The position numbers were made by a program, and so were the translations under genes. A stretch of 64,000 nucleotides of DNA from Nemertoderma westbladi (lineage: Eukaryota > Animalia > Xenacoelomorpha). The stretch spans positions 27,755 to 91,754 of the forward strand of contig JAUCBJ010001839.1 in the NCBI GenBank assembly GCA_032718475.1, in the 5' to 3' direction. The notes beneath the pieces are model-generated. The model saw only the letters and a list, made by a program, of their open reading frames with translations. It was not told the DNA's origin and did not search any database. Below are positions 40,701-53,719 of this stretch, one piece after another (the first letter of the stretch is position 1; each line of letters opens with the position of its first letter).

Positions 40701-42866
40701 CTACAGTCCCGACTTACTAAACTACAGTCACCACTTACTAAACTAAAGTCCCAACTTAATTAACTACAGGCCCCACTTACTAAACTACAGCCCCCACTTA
40801 TAAACTACAGACCCCACTTACTAAACTACAGTCACCACTTACTAAACTAAAGTCCCAACTTAATTAACTACAGGCCCCACTTACTAAACTACAGACCCCA
40901 CTTATAAACTACAGACCCCACTTACTAAACTACAGTCACCACTTACTAAACTAAAGTCCCAACTTAATTAACTACAGACCCCACTTACTAAACTACAGAC
41001 CCCACTTACTAAACTACAGACCCCACTTACTAAACTACAGACCCCACTTACTAAACTACAGTCACCACTTACTAAACTACAGACCCCACTTAATAATCTA
41101 CAGACCCCACTTACTAAACTACAGACCCCACTTACTAAACTACAGACCCCACTTAATAATCTACAGACCCCACTTACTAAACTACAGACACCACTTACTA
41201 AACTACAGACCCCACTTACTAAACTACAGACCCCACTTAATAATCTACAGACCCCACTTACTAAACTACAGACCCCACTTACTAAACTACAGACCCCACT
41301 TACTAAACTACAGACCCCACTTAATAATCTACAGACCCCACTTACTAAACTACATTCCCCACTTACTAAACTAAAGTCCCAACTTAATTAACTACAGACC
41401 CCACTTACTAAACTACAGACCCCACTTACTAAACTACAGACCCCACTTACTAAACTACAGACCCCACTTACTAAACTACAGTCCCCACTTACTAAACTAC
41501 AGACCCCACTTACTAAACTACAGTCACCACTTACTAAATTAAAGTCCCAACTTAATTAACTACAGACCCCCCTTACTAAACTACAGACCCCACTTACTAA
41601 ACTACAGTCCCCACTTACTAAACTACAGACCCCATTTACTAAACTAAAGGCCCAACTTAATTAACTACAGTCCCCACTTACTAAACTACAGTCACCACTT
41701 ACTAAACTACAGACCAAACTTACTAAACTACAGACCCCACTTACTAAACTACAGTCACCACTTACTAAATTAAAGTCCCAACTTAATTAACTACAGACCC
41801 CCCTTACTAAACTACAGACCCCACTTACTAAACTACAGTCCCCACTTACTAAACTACAGACCCCATTTACTAAACTAAAGGCCCAACTTAATTATCTACA
41901 GACCCCACTTACTAAACTACAGACACCACTTACTAAACTACAGACCCCACTTACTAAACTACAGACCCCACTTACTAAACTACAGACCCCACTTACTAAA
42001 CTACAGACCCCACTTACTAAACTACAGTCCCCACTTACTAAATTAAAGTCCCAACTTAATTAACTACAGACCCCCCTTACTAAACTACAGACCCCACTTA
42101 CTAAACTACAGACCCAACTTACTAAACTACAGACCCAACTTACTACAGTCACCACTTACTAAACTAAAGTCCCAACTTAATTAACTACAGACCCCCCTTA
42201 CTAAACTACAGACCCCACTTACTAAACTACAGTCCCCACTTACTAAACTACAGACCCAACTTACTAAACTACAGTCACCACTTACTAAACTACAGTCCCC
42301 ACTTACTAAACTACAGACCCCACTTACTAAACTAAAGTCCCAACTTAATTAACTACAGATCCCCCTTACTAAACTACAGTCCCCACTTACTAAACTACAG
42401 TCCCCACTTACTAAACTACAGTCACCACTTACTAAACTAAAGTCCCAACTTAATTAACTACAGACCCCCCTTACTAAACTACAGACCCCACTTACTAAAC
42501 TACAGACCCCACTTACTAAACTACAGTCCCCACTTACTAAACTACAGTCCCCACTTACTAAACTACAGTCACCACTTACTAAACTAAAGTCCCAACTTAA
42601 TTAACTACAGACCCCCCTTACTAAACTACAGACCCCACTTACTAAACTACAGACCCCACTTACTAAACTAAAGTCCCAACTTAATTAACTACAGATCCCC
42701 CTTACTAAACTACAGGCCCCACTTACTAAACTACAGACCCCACTTACTAAACTACAGACCCCACTTAATAATCTACAGACCCCACTTACTAAACTACAGA
42801 CCCCACTTAATAATCTACAGACCCCACTTACTAAACTACAGACCCCACTTAATAATCTACAGACCC
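25750..42866. repeat. 17.1-kb 21-bp satellite B (CCCCACTTACTAAACTACAGA)n, ~800 monomers, intronic
   Basis: Uninterrupted 21-mer variants; rare variants (cagggccc at ~33184 and ~39003) mark a ~5.7-5.8-kb higher-order duplication. Confidence 0.98.
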
Positions 42867-44185
42867 GTGCTAGCAGAACAACGAAATCTGCCTTCCCGTG
42901 GCATGACTGGTCCTCTCTGTTGCAACAGCCAAGTGTGAGATCCATCTTCACACTACAGCTAAGCAACAGGTATGAGGTTCTTGCCTCTGAGGCGGCAGAT
43001 CACTGTGAGGGCTATACTGCCTTCACAGAGGCAGTTAAGTTAGCAGCTGCAGAAACAGTTCCTGTATACCCTCAAAACAGGAAACGGGCCCCCTGGACTG
43101 ACAACAAAATTCAGAAGTGCCGAAATGACCTCTACAAGGCGCAGAAAGAGTCCCACTCAAACAGACTACAGCGGCCAAGAATGCAGTTAAGGCTGTATCT
43201 AGGTCCCTGAACAGGCAGTACTTTGTTAATTTACAGGAGCTAATAAACCAACAGGTTGATGCCATCAATGATGCTGACGACAGCAGGCAATCATCCCAGG
43301 CATGGAGATCGATCAATCTGCTTACTGGGCGGAAAAGCCAACCAACCACCAAGGTTAAGACTGAATCACCAGCCGATCGCCTCAATGGTTGGAAAGCCCA
43401 CTTTGAAAAGCTCCTCAATAATGACAGGGTATTGCCTGATGACTTTATAGAAGTAAAAGTGTCTGAATCTGTATTCCCAGATATTCCCATTGGTGATATC
43501 TCCTTTGCAGAAGTGAAGGCTGCTGCAAAGAGCATTAAGACCAATCGTGCCAGTGGAGTAGATGGTGTTCCCCCTGAGGTCTTTAAAATACCTTAGTGTT
43601 TAAAGCTCATCTATCCCATCCATAGTAGACATGTACCGAACAACAAGAGTCCCACAAGAAATGAAACCAAACAAGCTCCTATAGCTAACCGTTAATAAAC
43701 AACGGCTCCTCAGCTCATTAGAACATGCTGCTTCTAGTGTTGGTCTTTTTATTAACTCCAGAAAGACCAAAATTTTGACAGTTAACTTTGAAAGTCCTCA
43801 GCAAGTCTCTGATCGGATGAGCATAAGCTCAAAAGATGGCATGCTTGAGCATGTGGATGACTTCTGTTACCTGGGATCATGGATCCGGAAGTCAGGTGAG
43901 GACCTTCAAATACGTAAGGGAAAGGCATGGGCAGCCTTGAATAGGCTTTCCAGGATTTGGAAGTCAACGAGAATTAATCGGAAACTTAAGGTCCGATTAC
44001 TTAGAGCAGCAGTAGTTCCAGTACTCCTCTATGGGAGTCCATGCTGGGCTCTAACTGCTGAGGACACCAAATCTCTGGATGGCACATCACAAGAATGCTA
44101 CGCCGGGTTCATTGTGTCAAGTACAATGCACACATCTCCAACCAGACACTATATAACATTGAAGGTGTCTCAATGGTTCCCCCAA
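42867..44185 (+). mobile_element. RTE-clade LINE relic with most of the RT core deleted
   Basis: LQLSNRYEVL..AAAETVP..APW; ASGVDGVPPEV; VDDFCYLGSWI..IRKGKAWAALNRLSRIWKS..VPVLLYGS. Confidence 0.82.
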
Positions 44186-44189
44186 GCTT

Positions 44190-45527
44190 GACACTAGACT
44201 TACCGACACCTACACTTACCGACACCCGCACTTACTGACACCGACATCTACACCTATTAACAGTTACCAATTTGCACGTACCTACAAACTCTACTTACCG
44301 ACACCCACACCTACACCTACACCTACACCTACCGACACCTAAACTTACCGACACCTACACTTACCGACACCTACACTTACCGACACCGACACCTACACTT
44401 ACCGACACCGACATCTACACCTATTAACAGTTACTAATTTGCACTTACCTACAAACTCTACTTACCGACACCCACACCTACCGACATATACACCTACCGA
44501 GACCTACACCTACTGTCACCTAGACTTACCGACACCTACACAAACCGACACCATGACTTACCGACTCCTACACTTACCGACACCCACACATACTGACACC
44601 GACATCTACACCTATTAAAGGTTACCAATTTGCACTTACCTACAAACTCTACTTACCGACACCCACACTTAACGATACCTACACTTACTGACACCTACAC
44701 CTACCGACACCTAGACTTACCGACACCTACACAAACCGACACCATGACTTACCGACACCTACACTTACCAACACCCACACCTACCGACACTTACCTACAA
44801 ACTCTACTTACCGACACCTACACTTAACGACACCTAGATTTACCGACACCTACACTTACCAACACCCACACCTACCGACACTTACCTACAAACTCTACTT
44901 ACCGACACCTACACTTAACGACACCTAGATTTACCGACACCTACACTTACCAACACCTACACCTACCGACACCTACACTTACCAACACCCACACCTACCG
45001 ATACCCACACCTAACGACACCTACACCTACCGACACCTACACTTACCGACACCTACACTTAACTACAAACTCTACTTACCCACACCTACACTTAACGACA
45101 CCTAGATTTACCGACACCTACACTTACCGACACCTACACCTACCGACACCTACACTTACCAACACCCACTACTACCGACACCCACACCTACCGACACCCA
45201 CACTTAACGACACCTACACCTACCGACACCTAGACTTACCGACACCTACACTTACCTACAAACTCTACTTACCGACACCTACACTTAACGACACCTAGAT
45301 TTACCGACACCTACACTTACCGACACCTACACCTACCGACACCCACACCTACCGACACCTACAGCTACCGACACTTACCGACACCTACACTTACCGACAC
45401 CCACACCTACCGACACCTACACCTACCGACACCCACACCTAACGACACCTACACCTACCGACACCTACACTTACCGACACCTACACTTACCGACACCTAC
45501 ACTTACCGACACCTACACTTACCGACA
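44190..45527. repeat. ~16-bp minisatellite (ACTTACCGACACCTAC)n abutting the exon I donor
   Basis: Degenerate tandem array; on the minus strand the unit reads GTGTCG|GTAAGTGTAG. Confidence 0.93.
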
Positions 45528-45700
45528 CATTCTCCATCCCCATCCCCATCGGGGTCCAGCAACCGGTAACCGTCGTGGCAGTTACACCGGAAGGTTCCCG
45601 GTAGATCCTCGCAATCGGAAACCGATTCGTCGCAGTTATCCTCTCCATCCATGCATTCGTTCTCATTCTCACACTCATAGTCATCGTTCTCGATGTATCC
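45523..45700 (-). CDS. Exon I: EGF end plus cbEGF
   Basis: gtcag|GGA TAC ATC...TGT GTC G|gtaagt; 178 bp; GYIENDDYECENENECMDGEDNC..CEDLPGTFRCNCHDGY completes the EGF begun in exon H. Confidence 0.87.
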
Positions 45701-45883
45701 CTGACAACGAAAAGGAACGATTTTTTAAGCAATACAAAAATTATAATTACATTTTATTTTAGTTTTATGGTAATTTTATGTTAATGTATTGTGTAATATT
45801 GATGTGTAATTAATTATAAAAAATTAGTGCTTAGATAAAGGTGCTGACTTTAAAGATTAACTTAAAAAATGTATTTTATACCG

Positions 45884-46130
45884 ATTTGCTCACCTACTAT
45901 ATACCTATTCCTGTTGTACCTGGTGGGTCGGGTGTGTACTGTTGTTGTACCTGGTGGGTCGGGTGTGTACTGTTGTTGTACCTGGTGGGTCGGGTGTGTA
46001 CTGTTTGATTGCTCACCTACTACATACCCATTCCTGTTGTACCTGGTGGGTCGGGTGTGTACTGTTTGATTGCTCACCTACTACATACCTATTCCTGTTG
46101 TACCTGGTGGGTCGGGTGTGTACTGTTTGA
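45884..46130. repeat. Small 28/63-bp minisatellite
   Basis: Five copies of tgttgtacctggtgggtcgggtgtgtactgt, three with a ttgctcacctacta spacer. Confidence 0.88.
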
Positions 46131-47334
46131 TTTAAATTGGATTCCTTAAATATTAATATTTTATTTACTAGACTTTAATATTTTCCAGGTGCTTAGTTTA
46201 TTGATGATTTTACGTATTTACATGTTTTACTATTATATGTCAATTTTACTTAATATACCCGACGGTGGCTTAAAGTCCGGTTCAATAAAAAAAAATAAAA
46301 AATAAAAGGAAGCTCCCTTGGAAATAAGCTGAAAGGTTTAGGGGTAATCCTATATGTTATGTTGGACAAAACCTTTATACCGGTACATTGTTTAGTGTTA
46401 AATGAAAAACGAGTTAAATGATCAATGCCATTATATAACTAATATTTGGTTTCAATGGACTTATATGGTCATTCACCTGTAATGCAAGTTTCAGCTTTGA
46501 TGTTTTAGACTGCAATGCAGGTTACAATGCAGGAATACGAAATCCTCAAATACATTCGTACCTGGGAATCATACGTACATGGACCTGCTGCCATGACCAT
46601 CACCTAGCAAGCATTACACACAGCGATCGCCAAACTACACTCTACCGATCCATCTTCGGGTGAAAGAATACAAAGTTAAAATGGATTGCCGAACATGCGA
46701 TGGTTGAGGAATCTGCACATACGCGATCGCGACTAGATACGGTCCCGACTGAAGAATTAGGCCTAGAGGCCAACCCGCCACGAGTCTCAAACCGGAAATT
46801 CCACCAGTGGATGGACTGTCTCTTCTTCCGCAATTTCCGATACCTTGGATCTCCACCATTTGGGACATTTACAGACCCCAGAAGAACATCCCCAAGAGCG
46901 AATAACACCCGGTCGACGAAATTCAAAATTCGAACCCAAGGCCAAGGGTCCAAAGAAGAAACACAAGAAAAAACGTGATAACTGATAAATCTTTCACGTG
47001 CATTATTATACTGTAGTAAATCATAGTTGATCTGATATCAAACTTGTGTATAATAGATTTGATATAGTTATATACTGTTTGATATAAAATATTTAAGAAA
47101 AAAACGTCATAAATGAAAAGTTACAATCTCTATATCAGCTTCATTCCCCGGACGCCAGAAGGGCTCGCTACGCCTCTAACGGCAGGGCCTAAATAAAGGT
47201 GACGGTAGACAGTACTGTTTGTGATGTAATAAAATATAATACCCGTAGTTAGTGAACGTACAGTATGTGCTGTAGACTGTCCCCCCAACCTGGTACAATG
47301 CGAGGCCTTAAATTAGCGACCTATTCACAGTCTC

Positions 47335-47900
47335 ACCAAATATAGACCCATATTACGTCTACGGATCACTGCAAAGTTTAGTGTTGGGACTCATTATGTG
47401 GCGGATAATAAACTGTCCAGACAATAAAGCACTAGAAGCTTGGGAAATTTTGCAATCGCAAGCATATGACGAATGTATTGTAAATAATAGTTATGATCAA
47501 GAGAGCTGGAGAAATAATAAACTAATCAAACCAACATTCCATTTCTTTGATATGTTATGCGGATTGAAGCTCTCATTCTAATATTTGTTAGATCTCACCG
47601 TGAAAGAAATGTTCTACTCTATTTAGAAGGTCTACAGACCTTAGTTTAGTACAAATCTATTTTTCGCCTTGGATCATTACAATTACAGTAGGTGGATAAG
47701 TGTTCATATTCGGGATATGAAGTCCCTACCGCACGCACACACAACACTCTCAGCAATTTCTTGATGGGGATTGGGTTGTACAGTACCAAAAACATTGTGC
47801 CGACAGGAGAACAAACTATTAAAGGGCCATGGAAGAATACTTGGGCTAACAGAAAACCCATAGTTAATGCAGCATTGGCTTCTTGTAGCACCTGATAATT
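47335..47900 (+). pseudogene. Degenerate Academ-like transposase fragment
   Basis: Across frames: PTFHFF, LIFVRSHRERNVLLYLEGLQTL, FFALDHYNYSRWISVHIRDMKSLP, KGHGRILGLTENP; family assignment is from memory of the motif order. Confidence 0.62.
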
Positions 47901-48977
47901 AGGGCAATTTTGTAACAACGAATAATTTTATTATAATTATAATTAGTAAGAAATTAAAAAATAAAAAAATAAATAAGACAGAATGAGTTTCAAACTTTTA
48001 ATTTAAACATCTATTTATATTTATTTAATTCACCAAAAAGGTTTTTAAATTATGTACAATAAAATATTCGGGATATTATTAAAACAGGAGTTAGCACTTT
48101 AATAATTTAATATTTAAAAATAAAACTAATAGTAATAGTAAATAAAATATGTTTGTTTTCCATTCAACACCGAGCGCAATGGCTAAGGGATTTTTTATTC
48201 TCGGGACAATCGAGCAGATGGTATATTGTATTCATTCGGCGAATGATAAGAAGAGTTCTTACAATATTTACAGTATAGTGGAACCCATGGATGACAAATC
48301 GAGTGTAATACATGTAACCCTTTAACTATTTACAATTATTATAGCTGAGCTGTAAAATGGATGGAGACACATAAAAAAATGTATGTATTATTTTCTATCA
48401 TGGTCAACTCCTGTATATGGGGCTATGGTTACACCTGTACTGGTCCATTCCAAGTCGATTAACTAAAACTAATTTAATAAGCTATAGGCCTCTCTCTGGT
48501 GTGAAAAACATAATTATATTTGATGATATGTTGAGTTATGTATCCGAAACATCATCAAGTTCATCATATCTGCGAAACAAACCTTTCTAAAACGTTTCAA
48601 CAGAACTAGTATAATAAGCTTATAATAATACGCAGTGTCATACGTATGTTTTATGGGAATAAACACAAATATTATAATCGTTGTTAATTTACATTTTCTA
48701 ACTCTTTCAATCCATCGATATCAATGTCATCCACTCAACTACAGCTTTGGATACTCTTCGAAATGAATTCTACGTAAAATTTGACATATATAGTGAAAAA
48801 ATGATGCTTTCCTCACCTTTGTCGTGATATGGATATTTTTTACCCCTAAGCCACCTGACTATAAGGGAAAAAGTTCATTAAGAAAATTAGACAATACATT
48901 CGATCTTAATAAACTTCTGGAACTTTACGATAAAAATGGTCGAAACGTACAGGAACGAGGGAAGTTTCGTTACTTAC

Positions 48978-49229
48978 AGGGTCGCATTCACAGTATTCGT
49001 CGTCTATACAGGTCGCGTGGTCCTGGCACTCTCCGCAACCGCCGGTCCCGTCGTCATCGCAAAATATCCCGTCGCCCATAAATCCCTCCAAACATTGGCA
49101 CTCGTACACCCCATCCTCGAACACGCACTCGGCGTTAGGGTCGCAATAGTTATCGAAACAGGTGATCGAGTGATCCGGGTTGCACACGCAATACTCGAGG
49201 CAGTCCTCGGTCAACCACTCTGCGAATTG
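48978..49229 (-). CDS. Exon H: TILa plus EGF-like domains
   Basis: ttccag|CAA TTC...GAC CCT|gtaagt; 252 bp; WLTEDCLEYCVC...CDPNAEC..YECQCLEGFMGDGIFC. Confidence 0.88.
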
Positions 49230-50031
49230 CTGGAAAATAAATATTAAACTTGTTAAATTAAATTAACCAATAAAAAATTTCATCATTTATTAAATCAGTA
49301 ACCATAGCCTTCGGCCGCAAACTCCCCCGTTGCGTTATACAGTAAGGTGCTGCTCGAGTTACGTAGTGTTTATTAGTAGAAGTACCAGGCCATTGTTCAT
49401 TTCCAAAAACATATAAACATTGGATTAGTGGCTGAACAGTTGCCCTGAATTCGGGTTTGAGCCGCACGAGGGCGCCAGGGAAGGAATGCGTTAAAGGGAC
49501 ATACCTGGGCGTTGTTTCTGACTTGTATCCTTAAATGGTAGCCAAATGGCCAAGTTCTGGGGGGACCGCACTGGAAATTCACCGTCACACTTTGTCCATA
49601 ATCCCTGGTCTAATTCCAAGTTTTACCCAAATAGGTTGTAAGGTAATGCATGCATGATGCTCGCCTCCATTAACCAAGACGTAGATTTTGTGTTAAGGAA
49701 ATAATTCCCGGCACAAATTTTTAAACTTACCTAATATGCTGAATTGCCCAGGTTAATATTTCCACAACAAACAATTTTAGAAATATTGTAAATTGATAAG
49801 CGAGGCTTTTTAGTGAGATTCAGTTTATGTAAATACAAATTGTATATTAATTAATTTCCGGTAGCTATCGAATGCGCTTTAATGTATTCGACTTTGGACT
49901 TTCGGAATTTCAGTTCATTATTATGTTTCAATTATGCAGGTTAGTGTAGATTAGGTTTCAGAGTTAAATACATTTATGCTCAGTAAGACTATGTTCGATT
50001 CGATAAATTACCGCTTTGTAAAGCAACTTAC

Positions 50032-50231
50032 AGTGAAGTAACGGCCGGAGTTGTCGACGCAACCACAGAACTCTGGAGGCACACAGACTCCGTTCTCCAT
50101 GACCATGTCGTCTGGGCAGAAACAACCCTCAATGCAAGGCAACTCGTCGCAGACTGGAACCGGGATCAGCGGGTGGGACTGGCATGGAGAGCCGCAGGAG
50201 TCGTACTCCGATGGCGGTTCGCAATACTCTT
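50032..50231 (-). CDS. Exon G: TIL domain
   Basis: ttacag|AA GAG TAT TGC...TTC ACT|gtaagt; 200 bp; CEPPSEYDSCGSPC...CIEGCFCPDDMVMENGVCVPPEFCGC. Confidence 0.9.
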
Positions 50232-50722
50232 CTGTAAATAGTAAGTCGGTAATAGCAGTTAGAAATATATTTTTATTTAAAAAAAAAAAATAAAAACAAC
50301 GTTTTATGTAACAATAATCAGCTAGGAGAGGATGGGAGGGGCTGTATAGACGCAAAAAAATTTAAAACATCTCCTTTGGGAAATCGATGAAATTATCAGC
50401 TGATTACGAGAAAAATGAAAACATGCACCCCTATCATAGACTTTATTTTATTGTTTTGGTTAGCATAACATGCTACTGTAACATATCCCCCTTTTTTTTT
50501 TTAACCTTAATCGATATTATAACATTGATAATTCGCACCGTCAAGTAGTCCCAATCCTGTCTCGCAATAATGGAACGAAGTATAAAATCAATTAAGTTAA
50601 TAATCAAAGCCGTTCTATAAAGTATTCGGAAATTCCAATATTAAAAACCGGTTATGTTAAATCGTTTAAAATAAAATTAGCTCAACTACAGTTGCTATAA
50701 CTATATAAAACGATAAACTCAC

Positions 50723-50927
50723 CACATCCAACAATCTCCCTCCAGTCATCTCCCGTAGCAACACCAATCTCCTGGCAGTACCGGACCATGGCTTCGAAGA
50801 AGTGACACTTGGTACTCGGATCGGGAAGGTCCGCACACAGGTCACTAACGCAGTGGTCGATGTAGTTAGAGGACTGAGCCGCAGCCACACAGTCGGCCAT
50901 GGAAGGAACCGAAGTTATAGTGTGGCA
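50723..50927 (-). CDS. Exon F: C8 domain
   Basis: aatag|TGC CAC...TGT G|gtgagt; 205 bp; YIDHCVSDLC...CHFFEAMVRYCQEIG...WREIVGC. Confidence 0.87.
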
Positions 50928-51490
50928 CTATTAACATTAAATAATTAAAGTTAAAAAATAAGCTTATTAAATATATGTATAAATACGTTCACTGATTGAT
51001 AACATTATGCAGAAAAATGAAGATCTGAAAACCAAAGAAAATTGTTCATTAACAACCGCAGATAGTCTAAATTAATCATGTAATGTTATGGTTTTGTTCG
51101 GAAATGAGAAAGGGCGTCACCCATTACACCTTTAATTTACAGTTGCATTAACAGCTCAAATCCAATTCATTTATAAATTAATCATTCCAGATCTAGTTTG
51201 CACATTATTTACACTGGATCACTTCAAAATAACAAATCAAGAAGTTGATTTCTTAGAGGTAATGTAGGGGGGGGGGGGGGGGGGGGGGTCTGTAATCTTT
51301 TATGTTTATTTTTGTGGTTTTTATACAATTATCCGTTGGCAATACATATTCAAATCAAATTATATCATTAAAGCTACAATGCAATGGAACATATTATCCA
51401 ATATATGACCCGCAATATAAATGAAGCCACTTTAGGACTAGGCTGTCTCTACGCTCGTTTGGTTCACACAGTATTGTAGGTTCTACTCAC

Positions 51491-51607
51491 CTGGGAACCG
51501 GCGACCACTATCTTCATGGGGGATACGCTGGCGCACGGATTGTCTGGGCCAGGCCCTGGTGGGCATGCGTGCCAATCATTTCCAAAAACAACTTCTCCGC
51601 CTAGAAT
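51491..51607 (-). CDS. Exon E: VWD end / linker
   Basis: ttttag|ATT CTA GGC...TCC CAG|gtgagt; 117 bp; VVFGNDW matches the post-VWD FGNSW motif. Confidence 0.8.
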
Positions 51608-52161
51608 CTAAAATTGGAACAAAATTTATTGAAGTAATAAAAAAAGGAGAAAATGAAAGTACCAATTATTATGTATTATTTTTTCCAAAATTATAAATAT
51701 ATTTTGCCCAAAATGCAGTTATTCCGCCATCGTGCATTGAGTTGTGCAGCCAATTTGTATTTCAGCACTCGTTCCGTTTGGGGTACCAATGCGCGACCTA
51801 GTCAGACACTACGAACATAATAGTTTTGTATTTGGGTCAATTAAAATTACTAACAAAAAGAGCTTAATTTGTTATCGAATATAACTTATTTATTTGAGTA
51901 AAATGTTTTTTATTCGTCTTAATCATGAAGTTGTCGATTTTTGATAACTCGAAAGTATTTTAGAGATTTTTGTGTAATTTCTTTCGTTAGGTCGCTTGTT
52001 AATTATTAAAATAAGAAAATAGTTTTAAAAAATTTAACTTTAAATTGCTTAAAATATTAAACACCGTAGTCTTTAAAACCTTGTATACATAAATAACCTT
52101 ACAAGATTACAGAATATAGGCATACTCTTTTTCGCTCGACTATTAAACTCGACTATTATTT

Positions 52162-52656
52162 AGCACTATTGTAATATAATCTAAACTTTATTTACCGGCA
52201 CTATTGTAATACAATATGATCTTTATTTACCGGCACTATTATAATATAACATAAACTTTATTTACCGGCAGTATTGTAATATAATATACACTTTATTTAC
52301 AGGCACTATTGTAATATAATATGATCTTTATTTACCGGCACTATTATAATATAATATAAACTTTATTTACCGGCAGTATTGTAATATAATATACACTTTA
52401 TTTACAGGCACTATTGTAATATAATATAAACTTTATTTACCGGCAGTATTGTAATACAATATGATTTTTATTTACCGGCACTATTATAATATAATATAAA
52501 CTTTATTTACCGGCAGTAATGTAATATAATATACACTTTATTTACAGGCACTATTGTAATATAATATGATCTTTATTTACCGGCACTATTATAATATAAT
52601 ATAAACTTTATTTACCGGCAGTATTGTAATATAATATAAACTTTATTTACCGGCAC
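52162..52656. repeat. 35-bp minisatellite, 14 copies, containing the exon D donor
   Basis: ctttatttaccggcactattgtaatataatataaa-like unit every 35 bp from 52186 to 52641. Confidence 0.94.
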
Positions 52657-52821
52657 TCCGTCTTGGCCAACGTAATCGTTTGCGGAGTTTCCGTCACCGT
52701 TACCGCACATTCCGCACCCGTAACCAGCCAGACTTTCGGGGATATTGATCTCAACGTAGTCAATGCGATCGTACTTGATATTGGCCCCACCCAAAGAGGC
52801 ACCAGGATTCAGTGTCACAAT
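52651..52821 (-). CDS. Exon D: VWD C-terminal part
   Basis: cttag|ATT GTG...GTG CCG|gtaaat; 171 bp; CGMCGNGDGNSAND matches the VWD CGLCGNxDG motif. Confidence 0.88.
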
Positions 52822-53088
52822 CTAAGGTAGAAAGGACAATAATTGCATAAGGATCTCCAGAAATAATGCAGATTGTCCGTTCTACCACCTTCTAAACTTT
52901 ATAGATCATGATTTTATATTCTTCTCTTTATTGATTAAGATTAATTTATAAAATCGATGCTATTAAAAATTAATTATAAAATAGTTTTCTTTATCTTACA
53001 TCTCCAAAGGGAATTGATTTTCCCTGGTTTTGACAAATTTCCTATAATCTCTACAGAATGAGACTTATAACTTTACAATTTAACTTAC

Positions 53089-53199
53089 CAGATATCGTCC
53101 AGCTTCGTGTATGTAGAATCCTCCTGTTCCAGGGTGGTAGTAACCAGGAGTCACGGATATTCCGTTAACTAGGATGTATTCGCCATTGAGTTCGATTAA
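53089..53199 (-). CDS. Exon C: VWD middle
   Basis: ttcag|TTA ATC...TAT CTG|gtaagt; 111 bp, phase 0-0; LIELNGEYILVNGISVTPGYY (VWD vNG motif). Confidence 0.8.
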
Positions 53200-53477
53200 C
53201 TGAATAACGAATAACAAACAATTAAATAAATTGGAAATAAAGAGGCAGTTCGAACTTATTTACTGTCACGTGCTGCGCGAAGACTTCACCCAATAACTTA
53301 ACCGAACGAATAAGTTTTCGATAGAACACATCGGTATCAAGTTTGGTTTGGTTAAATCGAATAGTTATCAGAGATCAAAAATTTCCAAACAATGATTTGC
53401 TGATGGTAGGCCTACCCCAAAAGACTCCACCCTCCTCGGCAAATAAATAACTGAATAAATAGATCTTTAATACTTAC

Positions 53478-53719
53478 CCCACTCTGTACATGGATTCTCA
53501 CATCTCTACCGATACCCCGGGGTCCTTCAGCCCGTGGTACAGCCGAGGTATGAACGCTGAGTGGCAGGTGGCTGCCCATGTCACCGAGAACCTGATCAAC
53601 ACAGATCTCAAACGCGATTCCCCAGCAATACAATGGTTGGTCGTAGTTGAAGAAGTTCCCATCAAACTGTCTGTGATCGTCCGAACCGAATTGCTGGCAG
53701 AACACAGTGTCTGGGGGAG
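53478..53719 (-). CDS. Exon B: VWD domain N-terminal part
   Basis: catcag|CT CCC CCA GAC...AGT GGG|gtaagt; 242 bp; CQQFGSDDHRQFDGNFFNY resembles the VWD C..xGDPHYxTFDG start. Confidence 0.8.

Noticed and set aside
25750-42866. Possible CRISPR array, telomere or (VCSLVSG)n protein
   Set aside because: No unique spacers or cas genes; eukaryotic intron; not a TTAGG/TTAGGG telomeric unit; ORFs are short repeat artefacts
46560-46978. GC-richer stretch with overlapping short ORFs, candidate exon or LINE 5' region
   Set aside because: No recognisable motif; exons H and I join seamlessly without it
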